From the IMG/VR virus record IMGVR_UViG_3300025613_000003: a stretch of 64,000 nucleotides of DNA. The stretch is one strand, 5' to 3'. Made by a program: the position numbers and the translations under genes. Shown here piece after piece: positions 1-8,935 of this stretch. This stretch comes from an uncultured virus (IMG/VR IMGVR_UViG_3300025613_000003) (Duplodnaviria; Heunggongvirae; Uroviricota; Caudoviricetes). The notes beneath the pieces are model-generated. The model searched no databases, had not been told where the DNA came from, and saw only the letters and a list, made by a program, of their open reading frames with translations. Each line of letters starts with the position of its first letter. Position 1 is the first letter of the stretch.

Positions 1-143
1 ATTATTTGATTTTAAACATATTAGTTACTACTACTATTTGTATTATTCTGTATCTCAATTAGTTACGCTGTTTCTGTAACCTTTTTTATGTTCTTCTCGT
101 TCGTGCTGCTTATAGTTGTGTGTTACTTTTAGCATCGTTGTAA

Positions 144-1259
144 ATGCGTACAATTCGTCACTTGGGTTTGTTTGAGGGTATTGGTGGTTTCAGTATTGCG
201 GCCAGGATGAGGGGTTGGGATACGGTGGCTATGGTGGAGTGGAATCCATTCTGTCAAGTGGTGCTAAAGCATCATTTTCCTGATTCTGATATTTACGGGG
301 ACATAACAAAAGTTGACTTCAGACAATATGAAAACAAAGTCGAAATCATTACCGGCGGCTTCCCATGTCAGCCCTTCAGTACTGCCGGGAAGCGCGGAGG
401 CGATGGCGATGACCGATTTTTATGGCCGGAAATGTTGCGCGCTATTAAAGAGGTCAAACCCGTTGTCGTCATTGGTGAGAACGTTCCTGGAATCATCTCC
501 ATTTTCGAGCAGCAGGCGTCTGCTTCGGTGGAAGTTAAAACGCTTCAGTTATTTGATCAAGTTGACGGTTTCGGAAGAAGAAAAGATCATATCCGAATTC
601 ATAAGCGAATCGCAGCCGGAGTCATTGACGACCTCAAGCAAGCGGGATATTTACTCCCCGAAACAGAAGATGGGACACCAATCATTTTTTGTATTCCAGC
701 TTGCGGCGTTGAAGCCCCGCATGAAAGGCAAAGAATTTTCTTTGTTGCCTACCGTGACGGCGCACGGAGCGGATCGGAATACGAACTATGCACAGGGGGG
801 GACGTTCCTGAAGAACGGATTGATAAATGCGGGATTACTGCCGACACCGATTTCGGGCAATGCCCGGAACGGGGCCACCTCAATGGAGAACGGCAGGATG
901 AAACGGAAATTGGAGCAGGGTTGGACAATCGAGTTGCACGACCTGGCTCGGATGGGGATGCTGCCGACACCAACGGCGAGCGACAAAAATGCGAGAGGGA
1001 ACCAGCCGGGCTGGGAAGGTTCCGACCTATGTTCGACAATTCACCGGGTAACAAACCAGCCTGGCAAAACTTCCCAACTCAACCCCCGGTTTGTGGCGGA
1101 GATGATGGGCTTCCCCGTGAACTGGACGGAATCTCCTTTTCTAAGTGGCGAGAAGAATCAATCAAAGCCTACGGAAACGCGGTAGTGCCGCAGTTAGCTT
1201 TTGAATTTTACGAATTGGTTGAGCCGATACTATTGCATGCGTTAAAATCAAGAACATGA
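144..1259 (+). CDS. DNA (cytosine-5) methyltransferase, alpha-like polypeptide
   Basis: Motif I LFEGIGGF, catalytic GGFPCQPFS, ENV, motif VIII HERQRIF and motif X YGNAVVP; motif IX is absent from this frame. Confidence 0.92.
   Translation: MRTIRHLGLFEGIGGFSIAARMRGWDTVAMVEWNPFCQVVLKHHFPDSDIYGDITKVDFRQYENKVEIITGGFPCQPFSTAGKRGGDGDDRFLWPEMLRAIKEVKPVVVIGENVPGIISIFEQQASASVEVKTLQLFDQVDGFGRRKDHIRIHKRIAAGVIDDLKQAGYLLPETEDGTPIIFCIPACGVEAPHERQRIFFVAYRDGARSGSEYELCTGGDVPEERIDKCGITADTDFGQCPERGHLNGERQDETEIGAGLDNRVARPGSDGDAADTNGERQKCEREPAGLGRFRPMFDNSPGNKPAWQNFPTQPPVCGGDDGLPRELDGISFSKWREESIKAYGNAVVPQLAFEFYELVEPILLHALKSRT
328..1185 (+). CDS. Nested out-of-frame C5-methyltransferase beta-like polypeptide (TRD plus motif IX); start uncertain (328 or 721)
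   Basis: Long alternate-frame ORF with LLPT/LPTP repeats, ending in the motif-IX-like LNPRFVAEMMGFPVNWT. Confidence 0.7.
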   Translation: MKTKSKSLPAASHVSPSVLPGSAEAMAMTDFYGRKCCALLKRSNPLSSLVRTFLESSPFSSSRRLLRWKLKRFSYLIKLTVSEEEKIISEFISESQPESLTTSSKRDIYSPKQKMGHQSFFVFQLAALKPRMKGKEFSLLPTVTAHGADRNTNYAQGGTFLKNGLINAGLLPTPISGNARNGATSMENGRMKRKLEQGWTIELHDLARMGMLPTPTASDKNARGNQPGWEGSDLCSTIHRVTNQPGKTSQLNPRFVAEMMGFPVNWTESPFLSGEKNQSKPTETR

Positions 1260-3013
1260 AAAAGCAGAATGTTAATTCCATAGTAAGTTGGGTTCTGATG
1301 TTGTTTGCGTTAGGGACGTTGTTTGCGTTCTTGGATTTGGTGAAGTTGTGGCGTGGTGGTGGTATTCCTGGTCGGGATCCGGTCAAGGTCGTGGCCGATC
1401 AGGCCGAGGCGTATCCTAATCGTGGCCGGCTCAGCATGGCCTTGGTGAAGGCCAAGGCTAACGCATACGCTATCGCTTCCGATTATGACGGGTTGGTTGC
1501 GGCCTTGGCTTCCGATGCCGATGTCGTTATCGTGGTCGATACCGTAGATGTGACTGGCCGGAAACCGATCGTAATCAGTCGCGGCGGCGTCACGCTTTTA
1601 GACGCCGTGTTTGTTGGCCGCGGCTTTCACCAGGGCGGGTCCAGTACCGATGCGGCGGTAATCAACACCGGCGACAACAACGTGATCAACAACTGCGTGT
1701 TTATCGGCCCCGCCTCCAATCCCTACAATCAAAGCCACAACCAAAAGTATAGTTGGTGCGGGATCCGCAACGATGGCCGGAACCTCTTGGTTCAGGACTG
1801 CCGGTTCTGGAACTGTTACAAGTGGGGGTTGTGGTTTCGGAGCAACGGCAATAGCCGGGTCGAGAACTGCGTATTTGACGGGATACAGTGCGCCGGCTAC
1901 GGCTACGGCATTTGGGCCGGAAGTAAGTCGGATTCTACCTCGGTGACGGTGAAATCGTGTTGGTTTAACCGCTGCCGGGTCTTTGGCGATGCCGGAGGCC
2001 ATATCTGCGATGTGGAATGGATTGGCAACGGTTTTGGACCGGTCTGCAGCTATACCCAGCTTCAGCGCCATGACGCAAGCGTGAACCGGGGCTACGGAGG
2101 CCGAAATTTCACGGTTTTAGGCAATTATTTCTGGTCAACACAGAACCCGATCAACGTCCCCGTCCCCGCCGACAGCTCGGGCGTGGTCAAAATCAACGAA
2201 AACCACTTCGTCAGGGAGTGTTGTGGCTCCGGCGCGCCTCAGGGGTCGAGTTGGTGCGATGCCGCCCATAACCGCGTAGGCTTCGATTTAAACGAGTGCG
2301 GCGACAAATGGCCAAGAACCCGGTTCGAGATCAAAGCCGGCTCAGACACGATCAGAGGCGGCAACAGGGCTGTTTTTTCCACCGGGTTGGGGTCAAGAAC
2401 GCTTTGGAACACGGGAGGGGGCGATTTCATAGCCGGGGATAAGACCGAGGCGGTATTACCCCCGGGCGGTACCGATGTCATGGCCTGGCCCCTGGATCCT
2501 GAAAACATGGCGATTGCGCCGAGTTATCGCCGGGTCTATGTCGAACCCGATGAACCCGTACTGGTTTTCAGCTACATGCACACCAGCCCGCTGGTGACGG
2601 GTACGCCCTATGTTTTCGAGGTATTTGTCGGCGAGGCCGTGGCGTTTTGCGATACCCTGAACCGGATGGAGGCGTGGAGGACGGTGGCGCTGCCCCTGAA
2701 GCACCGGGGTCGTATCGCGTTCGGGATCAGAACCACGAGGTCAACGACTGCGCCGGATTCAAGCGAGATCGCGCTCTACGTGGACGATTTTTACCTGACC
2801 GGCTCGGTTCCGGCTCCGGGATGGAAGGATCTGCCCGGATTCGAGGCCGCGACAGCGGCGGGGGCGTGGCGGCAAAAGCTGATTGGGACCTGGAGTAGCG
2901 GCATCAGCCAAGGCTTCAGCCGTAGCGGTAGCCGGTCATGGCAATTCAGTAATCGATACGGAATGGCGGCGACAAAAGGTAACCTTGCGGTTTTAGAAAC
3001 GTATAGGAAGTAA
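1256..3013 (+). CDS. Membrane-anchored right-handed beta-helix (pectin-lyase-like) protein
   Basis: N-terminal hydrophobic segment; repeats such as INNCVF, VQDCRF, VENCVF, VKSCWF. Confidence 0.65.
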   Translation: MKKQNVNSIVSWVLMLFALGTLFAFLDLVKLWRGGGIPGRDPVKVVADQAEAYPNRGRLSMALVKAKANAYAIASDYDGLVAALASDADVVIVVDTVDVTGRKPIVISRGGVTLLDAVFVGRGFHQGGSSTDAAVINTGDNNVINNCVFIGPASNPYNQSHNQKYSWCGIRNDGRNLLVQDCRFWNCYKWGLWFRSNGNSRVENCVFDGIQCAGYGYGIWAGSKSDSTSVTVKSCWFNRCRVFGDAGGHICDVEWIGNGFGPVCSYTQLQRHDASVNRGYGGRNFTVLGNYFWSTQNPINVPVPADSSGVVKINENHFVRECCGSGAPQGSSWCDAAHNRVGFDLNECGDKWPRTRFEIKAGSDTIRGGNRAVFSTGLGSRTLWNTGGGDFIAGDKTEAVLPPGGTDVMAWPLDPENMAIAPSYRRVYVEPDEPVLVFSYMHTSPLVTGTPYVFEVFVGEAVAFCDTLNRMEAWRTVALPLKHRGRIAFGIRTTRSTTAPDSSEIALYVDDFYLTGSVPAPGWKDLPGFEAATAAGAWRQKLIGTWSSGISQGFSRSGSRSWQFSNRYGMAATKGNLAVLETYRK

Positions 3014-3024
3014 AAGCAAAGACC

Positions 3025-3294
3025 ATGAAATCACAGGAGCAGAAACAGAAACAGTACAGCGCCGAAGTCGTTGCCGACAAGGAGCTAAGGCGGGACATTG
3101 ACGCCGTCATTGCCAGAACAAGGGCGCTGCCGACAAGTCAGGAGCGCCGGATCTCGATCAGGAAATTGCAGGAGGCGGTGATGTGGCTGGGCATGGACTT
3201 GAAAAGACTTGGCGAGGCCAATCCGTATCCATCAAGCAAGGATCCCGACAGCGGTGACGTTATTGAACCCACCGCTGACGGCTTGAAAATGTGA
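3025..3294 (+). CDS. Acb2/Tad1-like helical-hairpin protein (candidate nucleotide-signal sponge)
   Basis: SQERRISIRKLQEAVMWLG resembles the RExSxAxTKLEEAxMW hairpin of this family. Confidence 0.5.
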   Translation: MKSQEQKQKQYSAEVVADKELRRDIDAVIARTRALPTSQERRISIRKLQEAVMWLGMDLKRLGEANPYPSSKDPDSGDVIEPTADGLKM

Positions 3295-3298
3295 TGCT

Positions 3299-3847
3299 GT
3301 GTTAGTCAAGAAAAAGACCAGGTACGAGGATAGCGAAATCATTGCCCTGGCCGTGACGGAACTGCTTGATCCCAGGCTATACGTCATTGCCCCAAATGTG
3401 TATTGGGGCCTTGGCCTAGGCTATGAGGCGGATATGCTCGTCATGGATGGACAAAACCGTATCACCGAGGTCGAGATCAAGGTCAGTAAATCCGATTTGA
3501 GAAAAGATTTTGTAAACAAGGCGGAGAAGCATCGCCACCGCATCGCCGTCATGGCCGGTAAGGCCCAGGACGCGGTTGTGACCCGGATGGTATTTGCCGT
3601 GCCGGAGAAACTGCTTGGCCTAGCCTTAGAGATTGTGCCTAAACGATACGGACTGATCGTGGTGGAGAGAACCGAAGCGGATAAATATCATTGCCAAGAC
3701 TATGACCTAGTCAAGGCCAGGTGGGTAAGGACCTGCCGCCACCCCGCATCGGCTCCGGGCATAGGCACCGCCAAGGCCCTGGAGCTGAATCGAAATCTCA
3801 GCATAAAGTATTGGAGCCTGAAACGTAAATTATTCAACATCCGTTAA
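3299..3847 (+). CDS. PD-(D/E)XK nuclease-like (MmcB-like) protein
   Basis: EADMLV...TEVEIKVSKSDLRKD motif. Confidence 0.65.
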   Translation: MLVKKKTRYEDSEIIALAVTELLDPRLYVIAPNVYWGLGLGYEADMLVMDGQNRITEVEIKVSKSDLRKDFVNKAEKHRHRIAVMAGKAQDAVVTRMVFAVPEKLLGLALEIVPKRYGLIVVERTEADKYHCQDYDLVKARWVRTCRHPASAPGIGTAKALELNRNLSIKYWSLKRKLFNIR

Positions 3848-3873
3848 GGCCGGAATTGATAAAGCCCCAGACA

Positions 3874-4698
3874 ATGTATCTAAGCGACAAGAAACTATTG
3901 ACGATTCTGAAACACTTTGTTTCGGATGGAAAAGCAGCATTAGATTGGACTAATGAACCGGCCCAATGCAACGGATTCTGCTACGCCACGAATCGGAACG
4001 CCATGGTGAGAACGCCGATGGTGACCAATACCGCATTTCCCCCTCTGCCCGAAGATACATTTCGTTACACGCAAATAACTACAACACATTCGGTGCGGAT
4101 TGAGGTCGAGTTCTTAACCGAGGTTGTGGCCATGGCCAAGCAGAGCCGGTACCAACATCCCCTGATCGAGATCGGTTGCTGTTATTTTACCCCGGCCCTG
4201 GTCGAGAATCTGCTATGGGTTTGTGACCAGGTCGAATCCAACGATCTGCGACTAATTCATTTAGGTGATTGGTATAACCCCTCCTTATTTGAAATCGGCG
4301 GCATAATCCAGGTCTTTTTGTTGCCATGGGCTCCCAAAGAAATAGTGGGTGAACAGGATCTATACCAAGGCGTAATCGCCCACGTTGACGCCCCCGCTAT
4401 CGGGGACATGGCCAAGCCGAAACGGTATCGGTCGATACCCGTTGAGGTCGAGGCCATGCAGTTTACGGATGCGGCAAAGGATCAGGTTTACGCCTGGGCG
4501 AGCCAAAAGTATAATGCCACATACCCAAGCCGGGACGAGAACGGTGATCCCATACTGATAATCACAACCAGTGAGGGCGATATGATCTGTGGCCTTGGCG
4601 ACTACGTAGTGGCGGAGCCGTTTCCGGTCAATGACAGAAAGCTGTATCCGGTCAAGGCCGCGATATTTCAAAAGCGATATTGGCGGGGCGATGACTAA
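3874..4698 (+). CDS. Two-domain phage protein: clamp-like N-terminal part plus conserved phage domain (possible internal start 4408)
   Basis: YATNRNAMVR in the N-terminal part; C-terminal RYRSIPVEVEAMQF...TSEGDM...GDYVV...YPVKAAIFQKRY is a common stand-alone phage domain. Confidence 0.5.
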   Translation: MYLSDKKLLTILKHFVSDGKAALDWTNEPAQCNGFCYATNRNAMVRTPMVTNTAFPPLPEDTFRYTQITTTHSVRIEVEFLTEVVAMAKQSRYQHPLIEIGCCYFTPALVENLLWVCDQVESNDLRLIHLGDWYNPSLFEIGGIIQVFLLPWAPKEIVGEQDLYQGVIAHVDAPAIGDMAKPKRYRSIPVEVEAMQFTDAAKDQVYAWASQKYNATYPSRDENGDPILIITTSEGDMICGLGDYVVAEPFPVNDRKLYPVKAAIFQKRYWRGDD

Positions 4699-5227
4699 GG
4701 CAATATCGACAGGATCCGGCATGGGCGGTCATCACAGTACCGCAAAGACGACAGGGACGGAGTGGATAACGCCGCCGTGGCTGATTGATCTCCTTGGCCC
4801 GTTCGACACCGATCCATGCGCTTGTCCGGGGCAGAAGATCAAAACCGCTACGACCATGATCACCAGCGGCGGATTGGAGGCGGAGTGGCGTGGCCGGGTC
4901 TGGCTGAACCCGCCTTATGGAAACCAGGTCGGGGCCTGGCTTGAGCGGCTTGCCAATCACTACGCCGGCGGCATCGCCCTTGTCTTTGCCCGAACCGAAA
5001 CCAGGTTCTTTCACGAACAGGTTTGGAATGAGGCGGCGGCGATATACTTTTTTCAGGGAAGGCTTCATTTTCATCACCGGGACGGTAGCCGGGCCAAGGG
5101 TAATGCCGGCGCACCATCTTGTCTTGTTGCCTATGGCAAACGCTCGGCCCGGGTCTTGAAATTGGCCTCGGACGTGATCGTGACCAAGCCGCGACTGCGG
5201 GGAAAATTTATCTGGCTCAGGCCGTAA
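4691..5227 (+). CDS. Phage-type DNA N6-adenine methyltransferase (Dam-like)
   Basis: EWITPPW, FDTDPCA, VWLNPPYG, LVFARTET motifs. Confidence 0.88.
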   Translation: MTKAISTGSGMGGHHSTAKTTGTEWITPPWLIDLLGPFDTDPCACPGQKIKTATTMITSGGLEAEWRGRVWLNPPYGNQVGAWLERLANHYAGGIALVFARTETRFFHEQVWNEAAAIYFFQGRLHFHHRDGSRAKGNAGAPSCLVAYGKRSARVLKLASDVIVTKPRLRGKFIWLRP

Positions 5228-5270
5228 CCTTGGCCGCGGCAAGTGCGTAAAAGAGATAAAATCAGCCACC

Positions 5271-5534
5271 ATGAAAGACAAAATCTACAAAAAACTGAAG
5301 GGGTTTCGCGCCCTCACGACCAAGAACTACCAAGACACGGACCACTGGACGCTGTGGACGGGAGAAACCCGAAACGGGGAAAAAAACGTTGCCATTGAGT
5401 ATGTCGAGGCCACGGTAAGGGTTTATGTATTCGAGGGGCATTTGCTCGATTACGATATGCAGTTCAGTGAAAACGTGCCTGCCATTGTCATTGTCACCGC
5501 CGTGGCTCAGGTATTGAATTCGGTGGGGAAATAG
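5271..5534 (+). CDS. Hypothetical protein (paralogue of the interrupted gene at 5556)
   Basis: ATG ORF in the operon; contains DHWTLWTG. Confidence 0.7.
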   Translation: MKDKIYKKLKGFRALTTKNYQDTDHWTLWTGETRNGEKNVAIEYVEATVRVYVFEGHLLDYDMQFSENVPAIVIVTAVAQVLNSVGK

Positions 5535-5555
5535 GCGATGGCAACCCCGGACGGC

Positions 5556-5846
5556 ATGGAAAACGATTTATATTCAAAACTGTCGATTCTGCCTCAGCTT
5601 ATCATGAGGGACTATGACCACAGCGATCACTGAACGTTGTGGACCGGTCCGGCTCGGCAGGGGCAGAAGAACGTCCATATCAAATGCAGGGATGGCGCAA
5701 TCGAGATCCTGATCTTTCGCGGTCGCCGCGTTTATAAAATGTTGGAAATAAAAAGGGGAAGTAAGCGCGTATCCGAGGTGAAAAAATTTGTGAAAAAGGA
5801 ATTGACGGGCTGCAAATCCTACGAACACTACAGGCCAAGACCATGA
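5556..5846 (+). pseudogene. Paralogue of 5271-5534 interrupted by in-frame TGA (5631-5633)
   Basis: MENDLYSKL...DYDHSDH*TLWTG aligns with MKDKIYKKL...NYQDTDHWTLWTG. Confidence 0.7.
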
Positions 5847-6469
5847 CCAATACGCAACCATCAGAGGCGAGGCTAAAGCTCCTGGCCAAGATCAAAGCCC
5901 TTGCCGACCGCGGCGTTGACGGGGAAAAGCGAAACGCCAAGGCCGCGCTTGACCGATACCTACGCGAAAGCGGTATGGACGTGACCGAGCTGGAGGCGCT
6001 GTTGATCCAGGCCGAGCGTAAGCCCCGGTATTTCGCCGCGGCCAAGTCCCGAAAAAATGAATTGCACCCGCTGTGGCTACAAATCATTTCCATGGCTCTA
6101 AACGACACGGATTTTGATTACATTGACTATTTGGGTGGTGGAAAATGGGGTTGGGAGGTGAACATGACCGGGGAGGAATACGCCAAGGCTTTGTCGTACT
6201 GGATCGCGCTCAGTACAAACTATTGGCTGCAGCGCAAACGCTATCTGGAGCAGCAGGAGCAAGTATTCACACACGCTTATGTAGAAAAGCACAACCTATA
6301 TGCCGAATCCGCAACGGAATTATCCACATCCAAGACCGATTTAGCTTACGTAAAGAAGCTGATAGCAGCTAAAAGTGAAATTGACCGCGTGGATATTGAC
6401 AAATTCCAGGCAAAGCTGTACCGTAACCACGGAAAAAGACTTGGACAGGGCTGGCCCGACACGAAATAA
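5843..6469 (+). CDS. Hypothetical protein with DUF2786-like N-terminus
   Basis: LAKIKALADRGVDGEKRNAKAAL; ATGA overlap with upstream gene. Confidence 0.6.
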   Translation: MTNTQPSEARLKLLAKIKALADRGVDGEKRNAKAALDRYLRESGMDVTELEALLIQAERKPRYFAAAKSRKNELHPLWLQIISMALNDTDFDYIDYLGGGKWGWEVNMTGEEYAKALSYWIALSTNYWLQRKRYLEQQEQVFTHAYVEKHNLYAESATELSTSKTDLAYVKKLIAAKSEIDRVDIDKFQAKLYRNHGKRLGQGWPDTK

Positions 6470-6562
6470 CTACGAAATCCACGAAAAACTCAAAAACAGG
6501 GATAAGGGTCAAGCCAAGGAAAAAAAACCGTTTTTTGCATGTCACGGCCAAGACCCAGTGAC

Positions 6563-6596
6563 GGGTCGGGAACCGGGTCGGAACCGGGTCGGAACC
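6563..6596. repeat. Three tandem copies of GGGTCGG(G)AACC
   Basis: gggtcgggaacc gggtcggaacc gggtcggaacc in an intergenic region. Confidence 0.85.
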
Positions 6597-6667
6597 GGCG
6601 CTGATTCCGATTAGAAAAAAACCCAAATTTTGTAACCTAAGCCGAAACCCTCCGTTACGTCAAGGAC

Positions 6668-7030
6668 ATGAACACCAACGTCACCGAAGTCGTTACCGCC
6701 GATCAGATCCGCTACCAGGGGGGACTGATCTTCATCTACCCCGCCGAGGCGGTGCCGCTGCGGGACGCGATTTGGGACTGTCCCGGCATGGCCATTGCCG
6801 CCGACCTGGGCGCGGTGGTGATGTTGCCATCGCCTGAATTCGAGCGGAAGCTCTGCCGGGAGATCGGCGTTGACTACGGCATGATCGACCGCCTCCGTCA
6901 CGGCGGCGATAACGCCGCCACGGCCTTAGTTGACGCCGTGATGAATCACTTCATTGCCGGTGGCGACTACATCATGGGCATGAGCAAGGGCCGTCACGAG
7001 GTCGAAGCCGTGGCGGTGATCCGAACCTGA
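6668..7030 (+). CDS. Hypothetical protein
   Basis: 120-aa ATG ORF preceded by AAGGAC and followed by a hairpin. Confidence 0.65.
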   Translation: MNTNVTEVVTADQIRYQGGLIFIYPAEAVPLRDAIWDCPGMAIAADLGAVVMLPSPEFERKLCREIGVDYGMIDRLRHGGDNAATALVDAVMNHFIAGGDYIMGMSKGRHEVEAVAVIRT

Positions 7031-7061
7031 GAATTAGTTGGAGCTGTCTGTGCCGTGGAGA

Positions 7062-7095
7062 ACGGGGTGGCGATGCCAATGCCACCCCGTATTTT
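7062..7095 (+). terminator. Intrinsic terminator-like hairpin
   Basis: acggggtggc-loop-gccaccccgt followed by atttt. Confidence 0.55.
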
Positions 7096-7121
7096 AAAAC
7101 CCGATCAAAACCCGTACCCCG

Positions 7122-7457
7122 ATGAAACGAAACCCAAAAATTTCCAAAACCAAAACCAAACCCAATCCGGTTCCGATCCAGCCCCGGCTTTATCCCGTTC
7201 CCGGATATGTTTTGCAATGTCCGAATGACGGCATGATCGTATTGGTTGCCACCACGGAAATTGATAAAATGGACGGCGAGATGGATTATAGAAGCAAAAA
7301 ACAGGCATTGGAAAAACACTTTAGCGGGGTCGTGCTAATTCCCGGAACTCCAAACGAGTTTCCCGTTGGGCTTTATTCGGATTATTGGGATTTGTCCAAC
7401 TTTGTATTGGTGGCGACCTCGGTTGAGGAAGCCGTAGCGATGTCATTGCTTTCGTAA
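7122..7457 (+). CDS. Hypothetical protein
   Basis: 111-aa ATG ORF, co-oriented with neighbours. Confidence 0.6.
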   Translation: MKRNPKISKTKTKPNPVPIQPRLYPVPGYVLQCPNDGMIVLVATTEIDKMDGEMDYRSKKQALEKHFSGVVLIPGTPNEFPVGLYSDYWDLSNFVLVATSVEEAVAMSLLS

Positions 7458-7481
7458 CCGAATCGGATAAGACAAGACGAT

Positions 7482-7748
7482 ATGAAAAACGCCACCGTCA
7501 TTAACAGCAAGATCCCGGAGCGAAAGCAGCTACCGCCCTTTCCGTTTCTGCTCATTGAAATCAAAACCAAACGGGTATGGATAACCAAGTCCATGGGTCC
7601 GAAAGAGGGCGGCGGCATGGTCTTTACCATTTCCCCTATTGGCGAGGACAGTGACCGAAACCGCTTTGAGGATAGCCAAAGCCTATTATCTGATCCTTGT
7701 GATTTCAGGCTACCGGAACCGGGTGAGAAGATTGTTATCGAGTACTGA
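7482..7748 (+). CDS. Tandem paralogue 1 (hypothetical)
   Basis: PPFPFLLIE...DFRLPEPGEKIVIEY. Confidence 0.75.
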   Translation: MKNATVINSKIPERKQLPPFPFLLIEIKTKRVWITKSMGPKEGGGMVFTISPIGEDSDRNRFEDSQSLLSDPCDFRLPEPGEKIVIEY

Positions 7749-7787
7749 GTAACTATGATCCGCACCGAATCAAAACCATAACCGACA

Positions 7788-8051
7788 ATGATAAAGGCGA
7801 CACTCACCCAACCCCCAGTCAATACCGAACCGCCCCGGTTTCCGTTCCTGGTGATTGAACGCAAAACCAATGCGATCTGGGTCACGATCGACATCACCCG
7901 AACACCCAATTCTGATAAAGACGGTTACAGCTATGGACTAAGCCCAATAGAAGGCGACATTAGGATGCTTGTATCTCAAGATGCACTACTATCTGGGGTT
8001 GGAGATTTCAGGCTACCCGCACCGGGAGAGAAGATCACCATCGAGTACTGA
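7788..8051 (+). CDS. Tandem paralogue 2 (hypothetical)
   Basis: PRFPFLVIE...DFRLPAPGEKITIEY. Confidence 0.75.
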   Translation: MIKATLTQPPVNTEPPRFPFLVIERKTNAIWVTIDITRTPNSDKDGYSYGLSPIEGDIRMLVSQDALLSGVGDFRLPAPGEKITIEY

Positions 8052-8084
8052 CCGAATCAAACCCTAATCAAAACCGAACCCGCA

Positions 8085-8345
8085 ATGAAATCAATGAAAC
8101 TTATTACCCAAGCCGGCACCGACCAAGAGCCACGAAAACTACCGTCCCGGCCATTTTATGTCATTGGCAAGGACAGCGGAACCGTATTCATAGTCACCGA
8201 TCATATAAGTCTTAACCATAATCTGTTTTTGACAGAAATAGAGAATGGAAAACGAACTACCCGAGCCGAATCCCGTGCTGACATTCTCAATCAAAAAGGT
8301 TACCGGTTACCGCTGCCGGGGGAAAAGATCGTGATCGAGTTCTAA
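8085..8345 (+). CDS. Tandem paralogue 3 (hypothetical)
   Basis: SRPFYVIG...YRLPLPGEKIVIEF. Confidence 0.75.
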   Translation: MKSMKLITQAGTDQEPRKLPSRPFYVIGKDSGTVFIVTDHISLNHNLFLTEIENGKRTTRAESRADILNQKGYRLPLPGEKIVIEF

Positions 8346-8355
8346 CGCAACGGCG

Positions 8356-8496
8356 ATGGCATTGGCTTGGATTGATAAGAAAAACAAGGGCGTGGCGTGG
8401 CGAATCGTCTTCCACGGCATAGCCTACGTCCGCATCGCCAACAACCGGGGCGAAACCAGGTTGCTGACGGTTGAACAGGTATTGACAATGTTATGA
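8356..8496 (+). CDS. Small hypothetical protein (46 aa, not in ORF track)
   Basis: ATG...TGA ORF MALAWIDKKNKG... filling the gap between genes. Confidence 0.45.
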   Translation: MALAWIDKKNKGVAWRIVFHGIAYVRIANNRGETRLLTVEQVLTML

Positions 8497-8503
8497 AAAC
8501 GAC

Positions 8504-8935
8504 ATGGACACGGCGGGTTTAATCACATTCATAATCTCATTCGTAGTTGCTTATTATCTGCTGCGGCGGCTACTGGCGACAACAATCAGTTCCGGCACCA
8601 GCTCTGGCAAAGGCGGGGACAACGGCGTTGACATCAGAGCCAATCAGGCCGGGGTAAGCGATGCCCTGATTACAAAACTTTGGGAAACCAAGGAGCAGAT
8701 CACCTTCTCCGAGTTCAGGAGGTTGATTCATACCTATAACTTTCCCCACCACGGGAGCTGGAGCCATGACGGCTATCAATTCCAGATTTATCAAATGTTT
8801 CAGGGCGATGTCCAAAGGCCGTGCCTTGTCATTATCAGCCGGGAACTTGGTGAAAAAAACTCAGATGGCGACCCCATAATCGCGAGTGTTTACTGCAAAG
8901 TCGGACAAAAGGAGGAATGGCAAAAGCGTATCTGA
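8504..8935 (+). CDS. Hypothetical membrane-anchored protein
   Basis: N-terminal TM LITFIISFVVAYYLL. Confidence 0.6.
   Translation: MDTAGLITFIISFVVAYYLLRRLLATTISSGTSSGKGGDNGVDIRANQAGVSDALITKLWETKEQITFSEFRRLIHTYNFPHHGSWSHDGYQFQIYQMFQGDVQRPCLVIISRELGEKNSDGDPIIASVYCKVGQKEEWQKRI

Noticed and set aside
1..143. AT-rich start as a genome terminus or inverted terminal repeat
   Set aside because: No matching repeat at the other end, which stops mid-gene; cannot be supported.
7482..8345. Diversity-generating retroelement template/variable repeats
   Set aside because: Differences are not adenine-specific and no RT is present; ordinary paralogy fits better.
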